Assembly: GCA_017415025.1 (NCBI GenBank)
Contig: JAFQJH010000009.1
Span: forward strand, 23,570-87,569
Source of the DNA: Clostridia bacterium
Lineage (GTDB): Bacteria > Bacillota > Clostridia > Oscillospirales > Acutalibacteraceae
DNA: 64,000 bases
Direction of reading: 5' to 3'
Below the pieces are notes generated by a model. That model ran no database searches. It was not told the origin of the DNA and was given only the letters and a program-made list of their open reading frames with translations. Positions within the stretch are counted from its first letter, which is position 1, and the number at the start of each line of letters is the position of its first letter. Positions 1 to 7,642 of the stretch are shown piece after piece. Both the position numbers and the translations under genes were made by a program.

Positions 1-838
1 CTGTTTCGTTAAAGCGCTTTGTGAATTCGTTGAAGTAACCGAAGATTTCAGTACGGTCACGCCATGACGGCTGAACAGATGCGATTGTTACGTCATTCTG
101 AAGGAACTTACCCCAGGCATAAGCAAGTGAGGTTTTACCTGTACCTGAAATACCCTGAAGGATGATAAGACGAGTTGATGCAAACGCTGAAAGGAAAAGT
201 CTAATAACCTTGATTTCGTAGAAAAGACCGAGTCTTGAGCAAGCGAAGTTACGGAACATATCACAGATTTCGGGAAGTGTGATTTCGTTATCATACTCCG
301 GTGCAACATAGTTTTCAAGCTCAAGGTCAACCTGTGTACATTTGTAGAAACGGCTGTAATCGTCGGCTGTCTTGTCAACCTCACCGTCAGCCTTCTTCTC
401 GCCTTCCTCTGCTTCAGCATTCTCTGCAATATCAGCATAAGCGCTTTCGCCGGGCTTGAGACCGAGCTGTGAAACCTTCATAGCAAGGATTTTTTCCTTC
501 TCGTTTGAAAGCTTGATGATTTCGCGGTTAAGATTGCCGACCTCATTGAGGAGCTCTTCCTGGTCAACGAGTGTCTTGCGAACTCTGATATACTTTCTGA
601 TAAGAACAACTGCAAGAATAACTGCTGCCACGAGAACTGCAACTGTTGCAACTACTGCGAGGATCGCAAGAATCCAGTCAACTGCCGTAAAATCGCCCGA
701 CCAGGACTTGAAGATTGCAACATACTCGGGGATGTTGAAGATATTTGCGATACCGAGGCCGATACCCTTGAAAATACCCCAGACACCCTTTATGAAAAAC
801 TGATTTAAGAATTCTGCAATGAATTTTGTTACTGTCAT
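1..838 (-). CDS. Membrane-anchored AAA+ ATPase, McrB/AAA_5-like (N-terminal part; gene runs off the left edge)
   Basis: The minus-strand frame is open from ATG at 838 (AAGGGTGG 6 nt upstream) to position 1. It is missing from the ORF track because it is edge-truncated. My translation reads MTVTKFIAEF..., then a hydrophobic helix DWILAILAVVATVAVLVAAVILAVVLI and a coiled-coil-like stretch. This is followed by Walker A ILQGISGTGKTSLA and SVQPSWRDRTEIFGYF, the layout typical of McrB-type cores. Confidence 0.6.
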   Translation of the reverse strand, partial: MTVTKFIAEFLNQFFIKGVWGIFKGIGLGIANIFNIPEYVAIFKSWSGDFTAVDWILAILAVVATVAVLVAAVILAVVLIRKYIRVRKTLVDQEELLNEVGNLNREIIKLSNEKEKILAMKVSQLGLKPGESAYADIAENAEAEEGEKKADGEVDKTADDYSRFYKCTQVDLELENYVAPEYDNEITLPEICDMFRNFACSRLGLFYEIKVIRLFLSAFASTRLIILQGISGTGKTSLAYAWGKFLQNDVTIASVQPSWRDRTEIFGYFNEFTKRFNET

Positions 839-923
839 TTTCAGCCACCCTTTAAAACTTAATAACTATTTGCCGTAGGCTTATATATTTAATAGGTTCA
901 GTGAATGTATTTGTGTGTAAAAA

Positions 924-1637
924 TTATTCCTTGGGTCCGTCGCCTGATTCAGCCTGTTTAGCAGCCTGTTCAGCGAGATATTCTTCAATAGCGCGGCGCT
1001 TTGTCTCTTCGTCAATGTCTGCAGCTTTGGCTTCCATAAACATTGCGATGAGCTTGTAAATCTGCCAGATGAAGAACAGAGCAAGAGGAATAATGATGCA
1101 GATCATAAATCCTGTTCTTGACTGGAGGAAGTTGAGAGCCGAACCGAAGTTCGCAATCATAAGACCTTCCTTATAGTTTCCGTTTTCATCAATACCCGAG
1201 TTTACCTGCTTTGCGATAACCTCATCGGGAAGAACGAGGGTGTTATCCTCTGCCGTAATACCGTCACCCTTTGTTGCAAAGGCCTTGATGGTCTTATCCT
1301 CGTTGTATTCGATATCAATGATACGGTGAGTATTGAATCCGCGGACGCTTCTGCCCTCTGCATCGGTAAGAACCGTTGAATAGGTGATGACGTCACCCTT
1401 CTGAAGCTCGTTGATATTTTTTACTTCCTTTGTGATGATAAGGTCACCGGTTTTGAAGGTCGGTCTCATTGAATCAGACTGAATTGAAAACGGTGTGTAA
1501 CCGAAGATGTTACCGATGCCTGTATCTGAATTCTTTGATGTGAAGGTCATAACCGTGATTACAATCGCGATTACGAGAATCAACACCAACAGTATGTCGG
1601 AAACGACTCCGACTATCTTTTTGCCCTTTTCTTTCAT
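924..1637 (-). CDS. sipW: Signal peptidase I, SipW/archaeal-ER type (S26B)
   Basis: 237 aa. N-terminal TM helix, catalytic-Ser motif SDSMRPTFKTGDLI, His motif NTHRIID, and a C-terminal TM helix with a charged tail. It lies directly downstream of genes with TasA-style signal peptides. Confidence 0.8.
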   Translation of the reverse strand: MKEKGKKIVGVVSDILLVLILVIAIVITVMTFTSKNSDTGIGNIFGYTPFSIQSDSMRPTFKTGDLIITKEVKNINELQKGDVITYSTVLTDAEGRSVRGFNTHRIIDIEYNEDKTIKAFATKGDGITAEDNTLVLPDEVIAKQVNSGIDENGNYKEGLMIANFGSALNFLQSRTGFMICIIIPLALFFIWQIYKLIAMFMEAKAADIDEETKRRAIEEYLAEQAAKQAESGDGPKE

Positions 1638-1830
1638 TTTTTACACTCACTCCTGATTATATTTGACTTAAAGGTCATTTCCGGACATCTGACGATGCCC
1701 AAAAATCGCCCTTAAGGCTTTGAAAACGCTTCGGGGGTATATCGGGTGACACGTTTGAGCGTCACCCGTTAAATGTGACGGAGTTCCGCAGAGCAGAGCC
1801 CTGCTCTGCGGAGAAAAGCTTTTTTCAATA

Positions 1831-2763
1831 TTAAAGATCCTGTGCGAGCTGAAGAACGAGATTGAAGCTGATTGTTGCTCCAGCTACATCGTTTGCGCAG
1901 TCAACGTCGTTACCTTCCATCCAGAGATATACACGGATACGGTTAACGCCTACTGCTGCGTTGAAGTATACGTCTTCTACTGCAGAATCCTGATCAACTT
2001 TTGTTGCATAGGTAGCACCAGCCAAATGCGTTGCTTCCGTATAATTCTTTCCAGCCGGTCTAGCTGCATTAGTTGATGTAGCAGACATATAGTTATCCGG
2101 AACCGTTTCACCTGCAGCAAAACCAGATTCAGCAGTATGATTGTACGAATCAAATTCATACATAACCGCTCTGTTATCCAAATAGTTTTCAGGAAGTACA
2201 GCTTGAATTGTTCCAGCATCCGATCTTTCTGCAACAGTTCCACAATTAACAAGTGCAAGACGCATTGCCGTCAAAACATCCGGATTCGTTTCACATTCTA
2301 CTGTACTGTTACCCCAATATACCTTCTGGGATTCTCCGACCTTAACAAAAAGGTCAAATGCCAGCACGCCGCTTCCCTGCTCTGAGTCAACCTTCTTTAT
2401 AGCAAGAACATCAGCTGCATCGATTGAACCCTCATAGAAAGTAGGCAAAGCATTTCTAATCTGGAAACGTGATGACGACGGTCTAAGGCTATCAGGAATA
2501 TTATTGATATTTCCTTCGTATGCATTCCAACGAGCTGTTGATTCGCCCTTAAGGTCTGCAAGCGTAAGTGTTGTTGTGAAAGCGCTTGTATTAGCAGAAA
2601 TCTGAACACCGTCAGGTGAAGTGATGTTAAGATCCATACTTTCAACTTCAACTCTTGTTGCCATTGAGAACCATGCAAATGTTGATGATGTCAACACGAT
2701 TGCAGAAACGAGAAGCATCGCAATGGCAGAAATGAACGTACGTTTTCTTAATGTGTTTTTCAT
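1831..2763 (-). CDS. Secreted/fibre-subunit-like protein, paralog 1 (SipW-cognate-like signal peptide)
   Basis: ORF 1831..2901 trimmed to ATG 2763, which has GGAGGT 11 nt upstream in the same context as the paralog start at 3949. N-terminus MKNTLRKRTFISAIAMLLVSAIVLTSSTFAWFSM. Shares QISAN, PSSSRF, MRxxxVNCGTV and the C-terminal IRVYLWMEGNDVDC motif with 2981..3949. Confidence 0.75.
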   Translation of the reverse strand: MKNTLRKRTFISAIAMLLVSAIVLTSSTFAWFSMATRVEVESMDLNITSPDGVQISANTSAFTTTLTLADLKGESTARWNAYEGNINNIPDSLRPSSSRFQIRNALPTFYEGSIDAADVLAIKKVDSEQGSGVLAFDLFVKVGESQKVYWGNSTVECETNPDVLTAMRLALVNCGTVAERSDAGTIQAVLPENYLDNRAVMYEFDSYNHTAESGFAAGETVPDNYMSATSTNAARPAGKNYTEATHLAGATYATKVDQDSAVEDVYFNAAVGVNRIRVYLWMEGNDVDCANDVAGATISFNLVLQLAQDL

Positions 2764-2980
2764 TTGTTTCTTTACCTCCATAAAGATTTTTTGCTTGGCG
2801 ACCGTTAACTCGCCGCCATGCGGGGTTTCTGAATTATGTTCCGTGCACCGGGAGTAAATACGGTTTTCCGGTAACCCGGTTTGCAAGAATTGCATCTCCA
2901 AATTTCAGCTGAATATTACCTTTCAACCGGATACATCCCGGAGTCATTGAAACATTATTCAGAAGATAAGAAATTTGGAA

Positions 2981-3949
2981 TTATACCATTGAGAATACAA
3001 GGCTTGCAGAAATGAGCTGACTCTGGAGAGAGTCTGTGCAAGCTGCGTCCTGACCTTCCATCCAGATGTAAATTCTGATCTGGTTGACACCTGCTTTAAG
3101 AGTAAGTGTCTGGTCAAGAGCACCTGTTTCAACAGGACAATCGTAAGCATTAGCAACTGTAAGAGTTCCTGCTGCTGACGGAGGTACTGTATAAGCATCG
3201 TCTGCAAGAGTGCCGCTGATACCTGTGCCTGCGATAGGATTGGTATTACGTGCATCCTCGTTGGTAGCGAAAATGACTGCCTCAGAACCTGAAGTTGCTG
3301 CAGGGGGAGTCTGTCCCTTTGTAACTGTACCACAGTTGACAAAACCTACTCGCATAGCATTAGCTGCTTCAGCAATAGCTGTTGTTCCGTCGCTCTCGTC
3401 ATTTTTAACAGCGATAGCAGAGCTGCCGATCTTAACCTGAGTTGTAGCATCGGGTGAGCTTGCGCTGTAATCAATGAAAACGTCAAAAGCGTAGAAGCCT
3501 GCTCTTTTCGCACCGCTCGGAATCTCAGCATCGCCCTTACCGTAAACAGTTACACCGTCAGCGGAAGTTGCTGCGAGGCTTTCCATTGTCTTTGTTGCCT
3601 TATCAATACCGCCTGCGAAGAATGCAGGAAGACTGTTGAGGCTGAAGCGTGAGGATGAGGGGCTGATTTCAGCAGGGAAGAAGTTGAATTCTTCGCTGAC
3701 TGCCTGGAAGCCTGATGTTGAAGTACCGTTAAGGTCCTCAAAAGTAAGCTCATCCGTAAAAGTTGTGGCATTTGCAGAGATCTGAATACCTTCGCCCTGC
3801 TTAGTAACCTTAAGGTCAAGATTACTTGCCATTGCGCTCTTACCCAATGTGAACCAAGCAAAAGATGCTGTTGTAATTACGATAGCAGAAAGGAGTATCA
3901 TCGCAATTGCAGCAAAGAATGCGCGATTTTTCTGATTCTTTTTGAACAT
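2981..3949 (-). CDS. Secreted/fibre-subunit-like protein, paralog 2 (SipW-cognate-like signal peptide)
   Basis: 322 aa. N-terminus MFKKNQKNRAFFAAIAMILLSAIVITTASFAWFTLGKS. Clearly paralogous to 1831..2763. C-terminal motif IRIYIWMEGQDAAC. Confidence 0.75.
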   Translation of the reverse strand: MFKKNQKNRAFFAAIAMILLSAIVITTASFAWFTLGKSAMASNLDLKVTKQGEGIQISANATTFTDELTFEDLNGTSTSGFQAVSEEFNFFPAEISPSSSRFSLNSLPAFFAGGIDKATKTMESLAATSADGVTVYGKGDAEIPSGAKRAGFYAFDVFIDYSASSPDATTQVKIGSSAIAVKNDESDGTTAIAEAANAMRVGFVNCGTVTKGQTPPAATSGSEAVIFATNEDARNTNPIAGTGISGTLADDAYTVPPSAAGTLTVANAYDCPVETGALDQTLTLKAGVNQIRIYIWMEGQDAACTDSLQSQLISASLVFSMV

Positions 3950-4059
3950 TGTCTTTTTCCTTACCTCCTTATTAGATTTTATGTACGGGTTAATCGCAAC
4001 CCTCCATAATATATCTCAAATGTGTTGAGTTTTCCCTCGGGAAACAAGACGAACAGGTC

Positions 4060-4884
4060 TTACTGCTCAGCGGATGATCCGTCACCGTCATCCAGCTCAT
4101 AGCACCAGAAGCCCATAGACATCTTGATTTCGCCGTCGAGAATCTTGTTAACACATTCAGGATCCCAACCTTCGAGCCAAATTACAACCGTATACTTATC
4201 AACGTCGCCAACCGGGAAAAGCTTCTCTTCCTCTTCCATAACCTTTGTGCTGGAAACGAAGTTTTTGTCAACGGTGTACTGAATTACGCCTGCAGAGTTT
4301 TTGTTTTCCTCAAGCTGATCCGTCGTACCGTTTTTCGGTTTGGCGTAAATTGTAGGCTCGCCGTTCTTGTAAACCATAACACGGACTGCATCATCGGCAC
4401 CCAAAGCAACAGAATCAATAAGGATCTGTGAATTATAGCCGACGTCAACATTACCTGCATTCTTCACATAGAAGGTATATGCAAGGAACTCCTGACCGTT
4501 CGAACGGTTATGTGAGCCGTCGATCCGGTCAATATCGTCGGGAAGCCAGCTGAAAGTACAGTCGCCCATATTTTCACACTTTTCACCGGCGAGGAAACGT
4601 GAGGGATTTTCGAATCCCGGAGTTTCCGAAAGAGTAATGCCCATGTTATATGCGTCTTTATCCATTGTAACCGTAAAGTCACCTGCTTTATTTACGTAGG
4701 ATGAGCAAGCGAACATTATGGAAAGGAAAAGCAGAAGTAAAACAAGGATAATCACGAGGATTCGGATTAAAGCTTCTCTCTTCTTAACTTTTTTTGATTC
4801 GGTCTTAACGCCGTAGCGGTCCATCTGACCGTTCTGCTGCAAAGCGGCATCGTTCGGCGCCTGATCCTTTTTCTTTTTAGCCAA
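4060..4884 (-). CDS. Membrane-anchored divergent paralog 3 (possible anchor/accessory subunit)
   Basis: 274 aa with a TTG start preceded by AGGAGGAGGA. Lys-rich cytoplasmic N-terminus and one TM helix (LIRILVIILVLLLLFLSIMFA). The ectodomain aligns loosely with paralogs 1 and 2 and ends in VVIWLEGWDPEC followed by an acidic tail. Confidence 0.7.
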   Translation of the reverse strand: MAKKKKDQAPNDAALQQNGQMDRYGVKTESKKVKKREALIRILVIILVLLLLFLSIMFACSSYVNKAGDFTVTMDKDAYNMGITLSETPGFENPSRFLAGEKCENMGDCTFSWLPDDIDRIDGSHNRSNGQEFLAYTFYVKNAGNVDVGYNSQILIDSVALGADDAVRVMVYKNGEPTIYAKPKNGTTDQLEENKNSAGVIQYTVDKNFVSSTKVMEEEEKLFPVGDVDKYTVVIWLEGWDPECVNKILDGEIKMSMGFWCYELDDGDGSSAEQ

Positions 4885-4899
4885 GCGAATCCTCCTCCT

Positions 4900-5640
4900 T
4901 TAGCTGATTTGTTTATCCTTAACGAATTCTCCGAAGTACGGACCGCTGAAACGGTCAGCACCCATTTTATTTATTAAGTCAAATTCCTCTTTAGTCTCGA
5001 TTCCGTCAACGATAACCTGTGTATCAATTTTTTTGCAGAAATCAATGATACCCTGAACCGTGTTCTGTACCTTCTCGTTGTAGAGAATATCCTCGATCAT
5101 ACTCTTATGTATTCCGATGTAATCGACATCGTAGTGAGAAAGGTTTGAAAGTGACGTATATTCAAGACCGAGATCGTCAATCGAAATTCTGAAGCCGAGC
5201 TCACGAAGAGCGTTTATTGTTTCGATAACCCTGTCCTTCACCGCCTCAAGAATACTCTCTGTAATATTGAAGCAGAAGCTGTCGGGTGAAATATCGTACT
5301 TTTCAACAATCTTTTTTACCTGATTTACAAAGTTCTTTTTTGTAAGCGTTTTGACTGAAACCCAGATGATGACGCTGTTCATATCAACCTCGCGCTCGGC
5401 ACAGCGCTTGATTGCCTCGCACGCCTCTTCGACCGCCCAGAGATTAAGCTGAACAACCTGGTTTGATTTTTCGGCAACGGGAAGGAAAACCTTTTCGGGA
5501 ATAACACCCTGCACCCTGTCGTTGATTCTCATTGAAGTTTCGTAATCAATCGCCATATTAAGATGAATGTCAAAAACAGGTCTGTAAAAAAGTTCGATTG
5601 TTCTGATTCTTGAACCTGTATTCCTTTGATTTTCAGCCAT
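4900..5640 (-). CDS. Stand-alone EAL-domain protein (degenerate active site)
   Basis: 246 aa with EAL-family landmarks: YRPVF, YETSMRI (in place of EALxR), FLPVAEKSN, NITES, SIDDLG, VDGIETKEEF. Several metal and catalytic positions look substituted; see findings. Confidence 0.75.
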   Translation of the reverse strand: MAENQRNTGSRIRTIELFYRPVFDIHLNMAIDYETSMRINDRVQGVIPEKVFLPVAEKSNQVVQLNLWAVEEACEAIKRCAEREVDMNSVIIWVSVKTLTKKNFVNQVKKIVEKYDISPDSFCFNITESILEAVKDRVIETINALRELGFRISIDDLGLEYTSLSNLSHYDVDYIGIHKSMIEDILYNEKVQNTVQGIIDFCKKIDTQVIVDGIETKEEFDLINKMGADRFSGPYFGEFVKDKQIS

Positions 5641-5825
5641 AGTTACTCACTCCAACAAGTTAGTCAAAAAGTCGTTTGCTATATATATTATAAATGTATA
5701 CGTTTTTTTCTGCCTGATGATCTTTTATATGATTTTAGGCGCACCTATACTCATAGAGATACTAATATACATATAGTACTTTATCACAAATTACAATAAT
5801 AGTCAACAAAAAATTTGTTTTTGAT

Positions 5826-5862
5826 GAAAAAAAATCCCGCCAAAACTGACGGGATTTTTTTG
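5826..5862 (-). terminator. Intrinsic terminator after the oxidoreductase gene
   Basis: Hairpin AAAATCCCG/CGGGATTTT, followed by a T-run when read on the minus strand. Confidence 0.6.
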
Positions 5863-5869
5863 TTCATTT

Positions 5870-6844
5870 TTATTTGATTCTGCATTGGTTTTTAACTTCA
5901 TACATCATCTTGTTTACTTCAAAAATCATTTTGTTAATATAGAAATATTCTTTCTTATTTTTTTCAAAATCCGTGATGAATTTGTAAAAATTTTCTGCTT
6001 CGTAAGCCATAAGAATATGCTTGTCAACCTCGCCCGTAACCTCTTCGGTTCTGCCGTCGGAATAATGAATTTTTACGCCGGTTAATTTTGAAATTGATTC
6101 AATCGTAACCGTACCCTCATCACCGAAAATCTGCGAGCCGAGGTAATCCTGACCGATCTTTGAATATGTAAGCGTAATCTGCTTGTCGGGGTAATCAAGA
6201 ACCGCTGTTCCGTAGCCGTCCGCACCTGTTTTGATAAAGCCTGCGGAGGAAGAAATCTTTTCGGGAATACCGAAAAATTCGACTGCGGGATAATAGCAAT
6301 AAATACCTAAATCGCGTAAGCAACCCGTCTTCATTTCAGGGTTAAAAATATTCGGATTTTCGCCGTTTTTGAGTGCCTTATATTTTGAAGAAAGCTGAGA
6401 AAAATCAAAGTGTGCTGTGGTAATTTTTCCGATTTTTCCGAGTGCATTTTTAACCTTGTCTTTTAAAGGAGAATGCATCATCATTATCGCTTCGGTGTAA
6501 ATCAGATTTTTACTCTGCGCAAGAGAAAAAAGCTCTTCAAATTCGTCGGGAGTAATTGTAATCGGCTTTTCGCAAAGCACGTGCTTTCCGTGCTCAAGCA
6601 TCATTTTGCTCTGCTCATAATGAAGCAAATTCGGGCTTGCAATGTAGACCGCATCAATGTCACTTTTTGCGAGCTCTTCAAGGTCGGTATAAACCGTTTC
6701 GCAGCCGAATTTTTCGGCAAATTCCCTGCCCTTTTTATAGGTTCTTGAATACATCGCGGCAAAGCACATACCTTCAACCGTCTGCGCACCCTTTACAAAT
6801 TCCTCGGCAATCCAACCCGAGCCGATAACACCGTATTTAATCAT
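5870..6844 (-). CDS. Gfo/Idh/MocA-family NAD(P)-dependent oxidoreductase
   Basis: MIKYGVIGSGWIAEEF Rossmann N-terminus and EKP motif (LCEKPIT). Start moved to ATG 6844, which has GAGGAG 7 nt upstream. The gene is AT-rich. Confidence 0.8.
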   Translation of the reverse strand: MIKYGVIGSGWIAEEFVKGAQTVEGMCFAAMYSRTYKKGREFAEKFGCETVYTDLEELAKSDIDAVYIASPNLLHYEQSKMMLEHGKHVLCEKPITITPDEFEELFSLAQSKNLIYTEAIMMMHSPLKDKVKNALGKIGKITTAHFDFSQLSSKYKALKNGENPNIFNPEMKTGCLRDLGIYCYYPAVEFFGIPEKISSSAGFIKTGADGYGTAVLDYPDKQITLTYSKIGQDYLGSQIFGDEGTVTIESISKLTGVKIHYSDGRTEEVTGEVDKHILMAYEAENFYKFITDFEKNKKEYFYINKMIFEVNKMMYEVKNQCRIK

Positions 6845-6862
6845 AATATTTCTCCTCAAAAT

Positions 6863-7612
6863 TTATTTCTTTTTAATGCATTTTATAATCTGAAACACAC
6901 CTGCTGCAAGCATCAGTATCGGAACAAAAATCCAAAGACCAAAGGCTTGAAATGTTTTTATTAAAGAAAAGGTTTCCGTGAATTTTAGAACAGGAAATCC
7001 TGCACCGATTACCGTGAAAACTATGCCGATATACAATCCGAAAATATCTGTTTTAATTTTATCAAAAAGTCCCGTTGCCGACAAGCCGAAAAGCACAAAC
7101 GCACCTGCAACCAGAATAAAAAATACACCCGCAAAAATCATTATTTTTTCTGCTTTGATAATACCGAAAATCAATAATAATAAGCCTGCAAAAACTGCGG
7201 CAAAAACCAAGCCTGCGCTCGCAAATTTTATTAAATTAAATCTTGATTTTTCCTCTTTTTCTGCGTCACCTTTAAACAGCTTTCTTTTCAGAAAATAAAT
7301 TCCGATAAGCCAGAACGGTATTGAAAAAACGGTTAAAGAATAGTTTTTATCTCTTAGGGTTATGTAATCTGCAACAGCGAGGAAGCCGAACCAGAAAAGA
7401 AAAAATCCTGCTTTGAATAATTTATCAAACAGTGATGCAATTTTTTCTTTATTTAAAATTATTGCCAGACTTTTTCCCGCCATTGATAAGCTGCAGACTA
7501 AAAACGGAACAAAAATTATTTTCGGACTTGTTGTTTTTATCATAAAATAAATCAGCAAAGCCGTGATGAAAATTGACGAAATCAACCTGCCTGTAATACT
7601 GTTTATTCTCAT
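6863..7612 (-). CDS. Polytopic membrane protein, unknown function
   Basis: 249 aa with about 7 hydrophobic helices. AT-rich. No recognisable motif. Confidence 0.55.
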   Translation of the reverse strand: MRINSITGRLISSIFITALLIYFMIKTTSPKIIFVPFLVCSLSMAGKSLAIILNKEKIASLFDKLFKAGFFLFWFGFLAVADYITLRDKNYSLTVFSIPFWLIGIYFLKRKLFKGDAEKEEKSRFNLIKFASAGLVFAAVFAGLLLLIFGIIKAEKIMIFAGVFFILVAGAFVLFGLSATGLFDKIKTDIFGLYIGIVFTVIGAGFPVLKFTETFSLIKTFQAFGLWIFVPILMLAAGVFQIIKCIKKK

Positions 7613-7642
7613 ATTTTTTCTCTTTCCTTTTTAGAATGGTTT

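Noticed and set aside
2764-2901. 46-codon N-terminal extension of paralog 1 (track 1831..2901)
   Set aside because: ATG 2763 has the same GGAGGTAA..ATG context as the paralog at 3949 and gives the homologous basic-TM-FAWF N-terminus. The extension has no counterpart in the paralog.
2764-2985. c-di-GMP riboswitch (GEMM-I/II) in the leader of paralog 1, suggested by the neighbouring EAL gene and a GCAAACC segment
   Set aside because: The hallmark ACGCAAAGC segment and the GNRA tetraloop/receptor arrangement of GEMM-I are absent. I also could not match class II features by eye. It is kept only as a generic structured leader pending an Infernal scan.
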